A DNA stretch of 64,000 nt, taken from an uncultured Acidobacteriota bacterium (GTDB lineage: Bacteria > Acidobacteriota > Vicinamibacteria > Fen-336). Positions 47,058 through 56,563 of this stretch are shown one piece after another (position 1 is the stretch's first letter; every line of letters starts with the position of its first letter). The stretch spans positions 2,272,001 through 2,336,000 of the forward strand of contig OY970399.1 of the NCBI GenBank assembly GCA_963720545.1, read 5' to 3'. Under the pieces are notes generated by a model, which saw nothing but the letters and a program-made list of their open reading frames with translations, was not told the origin of the DNA and did no database searches. Position numbers and translations under genes: made by a program.

Positions 47058-48562
47058 CGAGCGCCCGCGGAGCGCTCGCCCGCGACACGTTCGGGCTGGG
47101 GCGTTCGGCAGCGGCGTCGGTGCTCATCGACGTGCTCATCGCGCTCGTCAACATCTTCGTCACGCGCGGGCTGGTGTCGCGGCTCGGCGTCGAGCCCTAC
47201 GGCATCCTCGGCATCGTCACGGTGCTCTCCGGCCAGCTGCTGATCCTGCAGTTCGGCGTGGGCCAGGCGCTCACCAGGCGGCTCGCCGAGTGCCGTGGGC
47301 GCCACGACGCCGCGGAGGCCGACCGCACCCGCCACGCCGGCTTCGCCATCTCGCTCGCGAGCGCCGTGATCCTGGGCGTGGTGTTTGCGAGCGCGGCGCC
47401 GGTAGCGTGGGCGCGGGCGGTGAACGCCACGCCCGCGGTGATGGCCGAAGCCGCGCGCTGCATCCCGCTCGCGGCCGCGGTGGTGGCGGCGCAGCCGATG
47501 CTGGTCGCGATGTACGGCGCGCTGTTCGGCGACGAACGCTTCCTCACAGCGTCCTTGTGCCGCTTCGGCCACGGCGTCGTGCGGCTGCTGGTGCCGCTGG
47601 TGCTCGTCATCGGTGGCGGCGGGGTCGCCGCGGTGCTCATGGGGCAGCTCGCCGTCGACTGGACGCTGGTGGCCGCGTGGCGCGCGACCCTGGGCCGGGC
47701 GCGCGCCGCGACGCGCGCCGAGCGCCTCGCCACGGCCCGCGGCCTGCTGGGGCTCGGCATTCCGTTCGCACTGGCGGCGGTGGTCGCGGCGATGCTCTAT
47801 GACGGCGAGAAGATCGGCATCACCGCCTTCCGCTCGGTTGCCGAGTTCACGCTCTATGCGGTGCCGTTCGGCGCGGCGGTGCGCTTCACCCTGTTCGGCG
47901 CGGCGGTGACCCAGTTCCTGGTTCCGCGCCTCACCAGCGTGCTCGCATCGGGGCGCGACGCCGAGGGCGCGCGCCTCTGCGCCCAGGCGACGCGCATGAC
48001 GACCGCCAGCACCGCGCTCGTGCTGCTGCCGGTCATCGCGCTCGCTCCCGACCTCGTCACGCTCTGGCTGGGGGCGAACTTCGGCTCGCAGGCGGGACTC
48101 TCGACACGTCTGGTGCTCCTGGGTGTGGTGCTGCTCGCGGCCTACAGCGGCGCTGCTTCCGTGGTGCGGGCGCGCGTGCGGCCGACGCGCCTGCTGGCGC
48201 TCTACCTTGCGGAGCTGCCGGTGTTCGCGGCGCTCGTCATCGAACTGGTGCCGCGCTACGGCATCGCCGGCGCAGGCGCCGCCTGGAGCGCGCGCGTGGC
48301 TTGCGACGGCATCGCGCAGTCGGTGATCGCAAGCCGCATCATGGGGCGCCCGGTGGGTCGTTGGGCCGTGTTCGCCGCACCGGCGCTCGCGCTGTTCCTG
48401 GTCGTCGCGTTCGCCGCGCCGGCGCTCGACTCGCATCCCGGCTTCCGCGGCCTCATCGGCATGTGCCTCGGTGTCGTGGCAGCACTGGTGGTGCTCGAGC
48501 GCGACGACTGGGACGCGCTGCGCCGCGCCCTGTGGAGAGCGCCCGCCGAGGCCCGCTCGTGA
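47054..48562 (+). CDS. wzx: Wzx-type oligosaccharide flippase
   Basis: Multi-TM, RLGVEPYGIL, QFGVGQALTRRLAE, LVTLWLG, LVPRYGIAGAGAAW; TTGA overlap. Confidence 0.78.
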   Translation: MTSARGALARDTFGLGRSAAASVLIDVLIALVNIFVTRGLVSRLGVEPYGILGIVTVLSGQLLILQFGVGQALTRRLAECRGRHDAAEADRTRHAGFAISLASAVILGVVFASAAPVAWARAVNATPAVMAEAARCIPLAAAVVAAQPMLVAMYGALFGDERFLTASLCRFGHGVVRLLVPLVLVIGGGGVAAVLMGQLAVDWTLVAAWRATLGRARAATRAERLATARGLLGLGIPFALAAVVAAMLYDGEKIGITAFRSVAEFTLYAVPFGAAVRFTLFGAAVTQFLVPRLTSVLASGRDAEGARLCAQATRMTTASTALVLLPVIALAPDLVTLWLGANFGSQAGLSTRLVLLGVVLLAAYSGAASVVRARVRPTRLLALYLAELPVFAALVIELVPRYGIAGAGAAWSARVACDGIAQSVIASRIMGRPVGRWAVFAAPALALFLVVAFAAPALDSHPGFRGLIGMCLGVVAALVVLERDDWDALRRALWRAPAEARS

Positions 48563-49605
48563 ACGCCGCTCCGGCCGCGCCGCCGCGCACCCAGCCGCTC
48601 GACTCCTGCCCCATCTGTGGTGCTGCGACGCGCTCGGCCGGGACGTTCATGGAAGTGGCCGACCGCTGGCTGCACACGCCCGGCACGTTCCGCTACGTTC
48701 GCTGTCCGTCCTGCCAGACGGTGCACCAGTCGCCGCAGGTGCTGGCCGCCGACCTGGACGCGCTCTATCCGGGAAGCTATTTCACGCATCTGGAGCCACC
48801 GGTTGCGGCAGCGCCGTCGGCGCCGGCACGTGGCGCAGCGGGTTTGCGCGACGGCATCCGGGGCGCGGTGCGCGCGCACGTCCTTGGCGAAAGCGGCGCG
48901 GGCGCCGCCGGGAGGCTCCTCGCCCACAGCCGCCGCCTGCGCGAGCGCGCGTTCCACTCGCTGCCCGACGAGCTCATTCCTCGGCGCCTCGGCCTGCGCG
49001 CGCTCGATGTCGGCTGCGGCGCGGGCGAGCTGCTGGCGCGGCTCATGCAAGCCGGCTACGTGGCCGAAGGCCTCGACTTCGATCCGTTGGCCGCCGCCGC
49101 TGCCCGGGCGCACAGCGGTGCGGTGGTGCACAGCGGCGCATTCGAAAAGGCGCCGCTCGCGGAGGCGTCCTTCGACCTCGTGGTGCTGTCGCATTCCTTC
49201 GAGCACCTGCCGCAACCGCGCGCAGCGCTGCGGCGCATCGCCTCTCTGCTGCGCCCCGGCGGCCGCGCCGTCCTCCTCTATCCCAACCCCCGCAGCCTCG
49301 GCGCGTGGTGGTTCGGCACGGCCTGGCATTCCTGGGATCCGCCGCGGCACCTGACGCTGCCGCCGCCCGCGGCGATCCGGGCGCTGGGCGCCGCCTGCGG
49401 CCTGCGCTGCGTCACCCGCACGCGCAACCAGCGCGCGGCGGCGATCTACGCGGCCTCGCGCGCGCTGCGCGGCGGCTTCGAAGTCGATGCCGCAACCGCC
49501 TCCGCGGCAGACCGCGCCATGGCACTCGTGAGCGGCGCGCTGGTGGCCGCTGGCGCGCCAGCCGGAGAAGAGCTGGTCGTGACCCTCACCCGCGAGGCGC
49601 AATGA
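48559..49605 (+). CDS. Class I SAM methyltransferase with N-terminal CxxC..CxxC
   Basis: CPICG, CPSC, ALDVGCGAG, SHSFEHL, LRPGG, DPPRHL. Confidence 0.85.
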   Translation: MNAAPAAPPRTQPLDSCPICGAATRSAGTFMEVADRWLHTPGTFRYVRCPSCQTVHQSPQVLAADLDALYPGSYFTHLEPPVAAAPSAPARGAAGLRDGIRGAVRAHVLGESGAGAAGRLLAHSRRLRERAFHSLPDELIPRRLGLRALDVGCGAGELLARLMQAGYVAEGLDFDPLAAAAARAHSGAVVHSGAFEKAPLAEASFDLVVLSHSFEHLPQPRAALRRIASLLRPGGRAVLLYPNPRSLGAWWFGTAWHSWDPPRHLTLPPPAAIRALGAACGLRCVTRTRNQRAAAIYAASRALRGGFEVDAATASAADRAMALVSGALVAAGAPAGEELVVTLTREAQ

Positions 49606-50540
49606 ACGCCGCGCCGCGGGTCTCGATCACGATCGTCGCCTACAACTCCGCCGACGTCATCGCGCCGTGCCTGCAGTCGCTGCGCGCCGCGGTGCGCGAC
49701 GGCGTCGCCGAGGTGAGCGTCGTGGACAACGGTTCGCCGGACGAGAGCGCCGCGCTGGTCGCGGCCGAGTTCGGCTTCGCCGCGTTGATTCGCACCGGCG
49801 AGAACCGCGGCTTCGCGGGCGGCTGCAACGCTGCCTGGCCAACAGTTCGGGGCGACTACTGGCTGCTGCTCAACCCGGACACGGTGGTCCCCAGGGGCGG
49901 CGTCGAGGCGCTCACCGCCTTCATGGACGAGCATCCCGCGCTGGGCGCGGCGAGTCCCGCGTTCGTGGATTCGCTGGGCCGCGTCAGCCGCTCCGGCCGG
50001 CGCCTGCCGTCCACCCTGCGCACCCTCGCCGAACTCACGCGCGCACACCTGCTGCTGCCGCGGCGGCTGCGCGCCTCGTTCCTGCTCGGCAGCTACGACG
50101 ACGCCGCGCGGCGACTCGATTGCGACTGGGTGCCGGGCGCCGCGCTCATCGTGCGCCGCGCGGCGGTGACAGCCGCCGGGCTCATGGCGGAGGACATGTT
50201 CCTCTACGGTGAAGACATGGAATGGTGCCACCGGATCCGCAAGGCGGGCTTCGGCATCGGCGCCTGCAACGAGCTCGTCTTCACGCACGCGGGGAGCACC
50301 AGCATCGTGCGCACCTTCGGCGAGGCGGAACGCGACTTCCGCATGTGGCGCGGCATGCACCTCGCCACGTGCAAGATCCGCGGGCGCGTGCGCGCCGCCC
50401 TGATCCTGCGGCTCCTGGCCCTGGGACAGTGGCTGGAAGCGCGGCATCCGCGCCGCTCCGCCGCGGGCCGCGCCAGGAGCGAACGGCAGTTGCGCGCCGC
50501 GCGCGCCGTGATCCGCGGCAAGGAGGCACCGCTCGCATGA
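49602..50540 (+). CDS. GT2 glycosyltransferase (WbbL/rhamnosyltransferase-like)
   Basis: IVAYNS, VVDNGSPD, NRGFAGGCN, LLNPDT, FLYGEDMEWC. Confidence 0.87.
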   Translation: MNAAPRVSITIVAYNSADVIAPCLQSLRAAVRDGVAEVSVVDNGSPDESAALVAAEFGFAALIRTGENRGFAGGCNAAWPTVRGDYWLLLNPDTVVPRGGVEALTAFMDEHPALGAASPAFVDSLGRVSRSGRRLPSTLRTLAELTRAHLLLPRRLRASFLLGSYDDAARRLDCDWVPGAALIVRRAAVTAAGLMAEDMFLYGEDMEWCHRIRKAGFGIGACNELVFTHAGSTSIVRTFGEAERDFRMWRGMHLATCKIRGRVRAALILRLLALGQWLEARHPRRSAAGRARSERQLRAARAVIRGKEAPLA

Positions 50541-51529
50541 CGGCGCCGGCTGCGACCATCATCATTCCGAGCCGCGGCCGCATCGATGCGCTCGCTCAGA
50601 CGCTCGCCGCCCTTGGCGAGCTTGAGCCATCGCCGGCGTGGGAAGTGATCGTGGTCGACAACGGCTCGGCCGCCGCTGAGGTGCGCGAAACCGAGGCGCT
50701 CCTGGCGCGGCTCGGACCGCGCGGCCGCCTGGTCGGCGAAACCAGGCCCGGCCCGGCGGCCGCGCGCAACCGCGGCGCGGCGCAGGCGCAGGCGCCGCTC
50801 CTCATCTTCATAGACAACGACATCCTGGTGCGGCCCGATTTCGTCGCGCTGCACGTCGAAGCCCAGCGACTGGCCGGAGGCGCGTGGGTGATCGGGCGCA
50901 TCGTGCACTCGCCGCGGCTTCGCGAAACTGCCTTCGGCCGCTACCGCGATGCGGTCTGGGAGCGTTTTCATGAAGAACAGGGCGGGGTGCGTCTCGCGGA
51001 GACGGCGGGGATGAGCGCCGCGAACCTGGGCGTCGCGCGCACGCAGTTCCAGGAGCTGGGCGGCTTCGACGAGCAGTTTGCGATCGCGTCGTGCGAAGAC
51101 GCCGAACTCGGCTACCGGGCGCGCGCCCGCGGCCACCGCATCGTCTACGACCCGCAGAACGTGGTGCTGCACAACGACTGGGCCATCACCCTCGAGTCGT
51201 TCTGCGAGCGGCAGCGGCTCTACAGCATTTCCGACGTGCTGCTGCACCGCAAGTACGGCGAACGCAGCCCGCGCGCCGCGCTGCTGCTCGCGATGTCGCC
51301 GCGAAGTGCCGTGGACGGCCGCGGCTCGCGGGTGCGCAAGGCGCTGCGCGCGACGCTCGCAATGAAGCCGCTGCGCGCCGCTGCCACGCTTTTCGCCAGG
51401 GCCCTCGGGCGCGTGAGCCCGGACAGCGCGCTCGCGCGCCGCGCCTATGACGTTGTGGTCGGACTCGCGATCCGCGACGGCGTGCGCGAGGGCCTGCGGC
51501 GCTACGGCGCGCCCGGGGACAATCCCTAA
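50537..51529 (+). CDS. GT2 glycosyltransferase
   Basis: IIIPS, EVIVVDNGS, GPAAARNRG, FIDNDI, GGFDE..CEDAELG. Confidence 0.87.
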   Translation: MTAPAATIIIPSRGRIDALAQTLAALGELEPSPAWEVIVVDNGSAAAEVRETEALLARLGPRGRLVGETRPGPAAARNRGAAQAQAPLLIFIDNDILVRPDFVALHVEAQRLAGGAWVIGRIVHSPRLRETAFGRYRDAVWERFHEEQGGVRLAETAGMSAANLGVARTQFQELGGFDEQFAIASCEDAELGYRARARGHRIVYDPQNVVLHNDWAITLESFCERQRLYSISDVLLHRKYGERSPRAALLLAMSPRSAVDGRGSRVRKALRATLAMKPLRAAATLFARALGRVSPDSALARRAYDVVVGLAIRDGVREGLRRYGAPGDNP

Positions 51530-52633
51530 GTGAAGCCGAAGCCGGAGCCAAGGGCGCGCATCGTGCACCTCATCGACCGCAACGCCGACACCGCCTACTT
51601 CCGCGCGATCGCGCGCCATCACGACGCGGCGCGCTATCCGGTCAGCATCGGCTCGCTGGCCGCGGCCGGGCCGCTGCAGGCGGCGATGCAGGAACTGGGC
51701 GTCGCCACCTTCGCGCTCGGCGCCTCCCGGCGTTCGCAATACGCCGGCGCGGTGCGCCGCCTGGCCGCGCAGGTCGCGCGTCCACCGGTGATCCTGCACG
51801 CGCACTGCTTCGACCCGACGCTCGTGGGCCTCGCTGCCGCCTGGTGGCGCGGCGCACCCTTCGTCTTCACCCGCCATCATTCCGACCATCACATTCGCCT
51901 CGGCAAGGTCTGGCACACGCGCCTCGACGCGCACAGCGCGCGCCGCGCCGCGCGCGTCATCGCGGTCTCGGAAGCCACGCGCCGCATCCTCATCGATGTC
52001 GAGGGCGTGCCCGCGGCGAAGATCGCCGTGGTGCGCAACGGCATGGAGCGCATGCGCCAGCCCGCCGCCGCGGCGATCGCCGCCCTGCGCGGCAGCGTGC
52101 CGGCCGGGACGCGCATCGTCCTGCACGTGGCTCGGCTGCACGAGGAGAAGGGCCACGCGGTGCTGTTCGCGGCGCTGCCCGCGGTGCTCGCCGCCGCCGG
52201 TCCGCTGGTCGTCTGGCTTGCCGGTTCCGGCAGGGAGCGCGCGGCGCTCAGCGCGCAGCTCGAGGCGCTCGAGCTCCAGCACGTGGTCTCGTTCCTCGGC
52301 GAACGCCAGGACATTCCGGAGCTGCTCGCGGCCGCGGACGCGGTGGTGCTGCCGAGCCTGGCGGAATCCTTCGGCTTCGCAGCGCTCGAGGCGCTCGCGG
52401 CTTCGCGACCGCTGGTGGTGAGCGACGCGGGCGGATTGCCCGAGATGGTGGGCGAGGCGGCGCTGGTTGTGCCGCGCGGCGAGAGCGGTCCGCTCGGCGC
52501 GGCGCTCACGCACCTCCTCAACGACCAGGCGCTCGCGGCGCGCCTGCGGGCCGCGGGGCCGGCTCGCGCCGCTCTCTTCGACGCCGCGGAAATGGTGCGC
52601 GGCTACGAGAAGGTCTATGACCAACTCGATTGA
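51530..52633 (+). CDS. GT4 glycosyltransferase
   Basis: IAVSE, VARLHEEKGH, LPSLAESFGFAALEALA. Confidence 0.87.
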   Translation: MKPKPEPRARIVHLIDRNADTAYFRAIARHHDAARYPVSIGSLAAAGPLQAAMQELGVATFALGASRRSQYAGAVRRLAAQVARPPVILHAHCFDPTLVGLAAAWWRGAPFVFTRHHSDHHIRLGKVWHTRLDAHSARRAARVIAVSEATRRILIDVEGVPAAKIAVVRNGMERMRQPAAAAIAALRGSVPAGTRIVLHVARLHEEKGHAVLFAALPAVLAAAGPLVVWLAGSGRERAALSAQLEALELQHVVSFLGERQDIPELLAAADAVVLPSLAESFGFAALEALAASRPLVVSDAGGLPEMVGEAALVVPRGESGPLGAALTHLLNDQALAARLRAAGPARAALFDAAEMVRGYEKVYDQLD

Positions 52634-53642
52634 GCCGGTCGCCGCCAGCATCATCATCACCACCCTGAACCGCAAGGACGCCTTGCTCGAGACGCTGCGG
52701 GCGGTCGCCGGCCAGCAACCCGGCACGCCGGCGTTCGAGATCCTGGTGACCGACGACGGCTCGACCGACGGCACCAGCGAAGCCGTCGCCGCCCTCGACC
52801 TCGGCGTGCCCTTGAAGACGTTCCGCCACCCGCGCAACAAGGGCATTTCCGCCGGCCGCAACCTTGCGATCAGCGAGGCGCGTGGCCGGGCACTCATCCT
52901 GCTGAGCGACGACCTGCTGGTGCCGCCCGCCTTCGTGCGGCAGCACCTCGCGACGCTGCGTGAAAACCCCGGCTTCTGGGTGGTGGGCGGGGTCCGCCAG
53001 CTGCCCTCGCTGCGCGCCACCGCCTTCGGCCGATACCTCGACGACCTCGAGGAGAGCTTTACGGCCGCGCGCAAGACGACGCCGCTGCGCGCCGGGCTCT
53101 GGGAGCTGCACACGCCGACCGCCCGCAACCTGTCGCTGCCGCGCGCCGACTTCGACCAGGCGGGCCCGTTCGACGAACGCTTCCGGGTCACCTGCGAGGA
53201 CCAGGACCTGGCAGTGCGCGCCCGCGACCTTGGGATCCGCTTCCTCTATGACGAGAGCATCGACTGCGTGCACAACGACCAGGCGGGCGACCTGCTCCGC
53301 TGCTGCCGCGGCCAGCGCCGCGGCACCCACGACACGGTGCTGTTGTGCGCCAAGTACCCCGTGACACACAAGGACAGCCGCTTTATCAGCGAATGTGGAC
53401 CGCTACGCGCCGGCGACGGGCCGCGCCTGTGGCTCAGGAAGATGGTGAAAGCTTCGTTGTCGACCGATGCGGGCCTGCGCCTCGCCGGCGCGATGATCGC
53501 CGCCTGCGAGAGCGTGGGAGCCACGGAACGCGTGCTGCGTTCCCTCTACCGACGATTGATAGGCCTCTACACCTTTCGCGGCTGGCGCGAAGGCCTGGCA
53601 ACCGTGCATGCCGCGCACGGCTCCCTGGGAGGACTCCTGTGA
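52617..53642 (+). CDS. GT2 glycosyltransferase (paralog of 50537..51529)
   Basis: DDGSTDGT, GISAGRN, TAFGRY, FDERF..CEDQDL; ATG 52617. Confidence 0.85.
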   Translation: MTNSIEPVAASIIITTLNRKDALLETLRAVAGQQPGTPAFEILVTDDGSTDGTSEAVAALDLGVPLKTFRHPRNKGISAGRNLAISEARGRALILLSDDLLVPPAFVRQHLATLRENPGFWVVGGVRQLPSLRATAFGRYLDDLEESFTAARKTTPLRAGLWELHTPTARNLSLPRADFDQAGPFDERFRVTCEDQDLAVRARDLGIRFLYDESIDCVHNDQAGDLLRCCRGQRRGTHDTVLLCAKYPVTHKDSRFISECGPLRAGDGPRLWLRKMVKASLSTDAGLRLAGAMIAACESVGATERVLRSLYRRLIGLYTFRGWREGLATVHAAHGSLGGLL

Positions 53643-53719
53643 CGAGGTTTGCCAGGCGCGCCGCGCGCTCAAGCGGCTCGCGTCTCACGGCCAGTACCGC
53701 CCTCCTGATTTCGCCATAG
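53639..53719 (+). pseudogene. Possible truncated gene remnant
   Basis: GGAGG plus GTGA-coupled start, but the frame stops after 26 codons; fills the only sizeable gap in this part of the cluster. Confidence 0.3.
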
Positions 53720-53853
53720 GTGTGGTGGTCGGGCGCCCGACGACATGACGTTCGGCGCGAACCACCGGAGCGAGCCCCTGCGGTCGGAGCGCGCATCCAG
53801 TCGGGCTGGCGCTGGGGCCTGGGGCAGTATCGAGGGGGCGCATAATACCGGCC

Positions 53854-54450
53854 ATGTGGACGCCTCGCGACCTCAAGGAAGGCGTGGCGCGGCTGCTCGG
53901 CCGTCCGCGGCGCGACGATTTCCTGCGGCTGTTGCCGAAATACTCGATCGGCGCCGAGATCGGCGTGTTCCGCGGCCAGTACACCGATCACATCCTGCGC
54001 ATCGCGAAGCCGCGCGAACTGCACCTCATCGACGGTTGGTGGCTCGTCTACGGCGAGCGCTTCCCCGACTGGGGCGCCTACACCGATCACGGCCGCCTCA
54101 CGACACACGCGGCTTACAACGAAGTCCGCCGGATCGTCCGCCGCCGCGGCGCCGCGGACAAGGTGCGGATCCACGTGGCCGAGGACCTGGTCTGCCTCGA
54201 GGCGTTCTCCGAACGCAGCTTCGACTGGGTCTATCTCGATTCCTCGCATCAATACGAGCACACCCGCGACGAGCTGCAGCTGCTGCTGCCGCGCATGCGC
54301 AGCGGCGGCGTCATCAGCGGCGACGACTGGCAGGACGACCCGGCGCACCCGCACCACGGCGTCGCCAGGGCGGTCGGCGAATTCTGCGACCGGCACGGCT
54401 GGTCGCTGCAGCATCGGGATGCCTTCGGCCAGTGGCTCATCAAATCCTGA
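53854..54450 (+). CDS. Class I SAM methyltransferase (Methyltransf_24-like)
   Basis: GAEIGVFRG, LHLIDGW, FDWVYLDSSHQYE, GGVISGDDW. Confidence 0.82.
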   Translation: MWTPRDLKEGVARLLGRPRRDDFLRLLPKYSIGAEIGVFRGQYTDHILRIAKPRELHLIDGWWLVYGERFPDWGAYTDHGRLTTHAAYNEVRRIVRRRGAADKVRIHVAEDLVCLEAFSERSFDWVYLDSSHQYEHTRDELQLLLPRMRSGGVISGDDWQDDPAHPHHGVARAVGEFCDRHGWSLQHRDAFGQWLIKS

Positions 54451-54457
54451 GCGCGCG

Positions 54458-56563
54458 ATGCGGGTGAGCGTGGTGGTCCCGGTCTTCAACCAGCAGCGCT
54501 ATGTCGCCGAGGCGGTCGCAAGCGCGCTCGCCCAGAGCCGCGCCGCGCACGAGGTGATCGTGGTGGACGACGGCTCCACCGACGGCACGGCGCAGGCACT
54601 CGACGGGTTCGGTGCCGCGATCACCGTCCTGCGCCAGGAAAACCGCGGGGTCGCGGCCGCGCGCAACCGCGGCATCGCGGCGGCGTCCGGCGACGCGGTG
54701 GCGTTGCTCGACGCCGACGACGTCTGGGAAGAGGACAAGCTCGCGGCGCAGGTCAAGGCCTGCAGCGCTTCGGGCGCCGGTCTCGTGCACTGCGGCGTCA
54801 CCGACATCGACGCCGGCGGCGGCGCGCTGCGCACGCATCTGGACGGGCTGTCGGGATCGGTGTGGAAGGAGATGCTGCTGCTGCGCCGTCCCGTCATCCT
54901 CGGCGGCGGCAGCGGCGCACTCATACCGCGTGCCGTACTGGAGGCCGTCGGCGGCTTCGACGAGACGCTCTCGACCTCGGCCGACTGGGACCTCTATTAC
55001 CGCATCGCCCGGCGCTACCAGGCGGCGTTCGTGCCGCGGCCGCTGCTGCGCTATCGCATCCATGCCGGCAACATGCACGCCGGCATCGGGGCGATGGAGC
55101 GCGACATGCTACGCGCCTACGCGAAGGCCTTTGCCGAACCAGACCCCGCGGTGCATGCGTTGCGCCGGCGCGCGTCGGGGCGGCTGCATGCCGTGCTCGC
55201 GGGCTCGCACTACCGCGCGGGCAGTCTCTCGGGCTTTGCCCGCAATGCTCTCGCTGCCGTCAGCCGCACGCCGAGCGCCGCCCTGCGCTTCGCCGCCTAT
55301 CCGCTGCGGCGGCTGCGCCCGCGGCGCGCGGCGCGGCCCGGCGCGCTCTACGTCTGCTACCTCGACGTGCGCGAGCCGCTGGTCGAGACGCAGGTGCTTG
55401 CCTACGTGCGCGGCCTGGCGCGCGCCGGCTATCGCATGCACCTGCTCACCTTCAACGCACCGCATCCGCATGCCGCCGAGCGCACCGCGCTGCGCGAGCG
55501 GCTGGCGCAAGACGGCATCCGGTGGCACGCGGCCCGGTATCACCGGCGGCCGTCGCTGCCCGCGACGCTCTACGACATCGCGGCCGGCAACCTGCGCGCG
55601 TTGTGGTTGTGCGCGCGCCACCGCTTGTCGCTGGTGCATGGCCGCTCGCACGTCGGCGCCGCGATGGGCCTCGGCGCACAGGCGCTGCTGGGCGCGAAGC
55701 TCGTCTTCGACATCCGCGGCCTGCTCGCCGAGGAATACGTGAGTGCCGGCCACTGGCGCCAGGGGGGCCTGGCCGCGCGCCTGACGGAAAAGGCTCAGCG
55801 CTTCCTCATCGGCCACGCGGACGGGCTCGTGGTGCTGACCGAACGCATGCGTACCGAGCTCGCTGCGGTGCGCCCGGTAGACGCTACGGCGCCGCTCGTG
55901 GTGATTCCATGCTGCGTCGACGGCGCGGTGTTCGCCGCCGGCGCCGATCGCCAGCAGCAGCGCCTCGCCCTCGGACTAGCGGCGCGGCGCGTGCTGCTCT
56001 ACGTCGGCAAGCTCGGCGCCCGCTACGGCGTCGCCGACACCGTGGCGCTCTTCGATATCCTGCGGCACCGCGACCCGCGGTGGTTCCTGATGGTCCTGAC
56101 CCAGAGCGAGCCTGGCGAACTGGCAGCGGCGCTCACCGCCGCCGGGCTGCGCGACGGCGCCGATTACCGCATCGGCCGCGCTCGGCCGCGCGAGATCGGC
56201 GCGCAGATGATCGCCGCCGACGCCGGTGTCGCCCTGCTCCTGGGCGCCCCCGCCGAACGCGCCTCGTCGCCGACGAAAGTGGGCGAGTACCTGGCCGCCG
56301 GCCTGCCGGTCGCCGTCACCGTCGATGTCGGCGACCTCGACGCGCTCCTCGGCGCGCATCGCTGCGGCGCCTTCTTCGTCCGCGGCAGCGAGCGCGGACT
56401 CGAGGCCACAGCCGAGCAACTGGAGGCGCTCGTCGACGATCCCGGCACCCGGGCCCGCTGCCTCGACCTCGCGGCGCGCGAGCTCTCGGTTGCCGGCATC
56501 GGCGTGCCTCGCTACCAAAGCCTGTATGCGCAGCTCATCGGCGTGACGGAGACCGCGCGATGA
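54458..56563 (+). CDS. Fused GT2-GT4 glycosyltransferase
   Basis: N-terminal SVVVPVFN, VVDDGSTDGT, LLDADD; C-terminal HGRSH, FDIRGL, IPCCVD, SSPTKVGEYLAAGLPV. Confidence 0.85.
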   Translation: MRVSVVVPVFNQQRYVAEAVASALAQSRAAHEVIVVDDGSTDGTAQALDGFGAAITVLRQENRGVAAARNRGIAAASGDAVALLDADDVWEEDKLAAQVKACSASGAGLVHCGVTDIDAGGGALRTHLDGLSGSVWKEMLLLRRPVILGGGSGALIPRAVLEAVGGFDETLSTSADWDLYYRIARRYQAAFVPRPLLRYRIHAGNMHAGIGAMERDMLRAYAKAFAEPDPAVHALRRRASGRLHAVLAGSHYRAGSLSGFARNALAAVSRTPSAALRFAAYPLRRLRPRRAARPGALYVCYLDVREPLVETQVLAYVRGLARAGYRMHLLTFNAPHPHAAERTALRERLAQDGIRWHAARYHRRPSLPATLYDIAAGNLRALWLCARHRLSLVHGRSHVGAAMGLGAQALLGAKLVFDIRGLLAEEYVSAGHWRQGGLAARLTEKAQRFLIGHADGLVVLTERMRTELAAVRPVDATAPLVVIPCCVDGAVFAAGADRQQQRLALGLAARRVLLYVGKLGARYGVADTVALFDILRHRDPRWFLMVLTQSEPGELAAALTAAGLRDGADYRIGRARPREIGAQMIAADAGVALLLGAPAERASSPTKVGEYLAAGLPVAVTVDVGDLDALLGAHRCGAFFVRGSERGLEATAEQLEALVDDPGTRARCLDLAARELSVAGIGVPRYQSLYAQLIGVTETAR

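Noticed and set aside
50204..53191. Very long antisense or alternate-frame ORFs (995 aa here; also 37455..40043, 28185..30692, 3228..5318)
   Set aside because: Expected shadows of high-GC coding DNA; they lack motifs and overlap well-supported genes.
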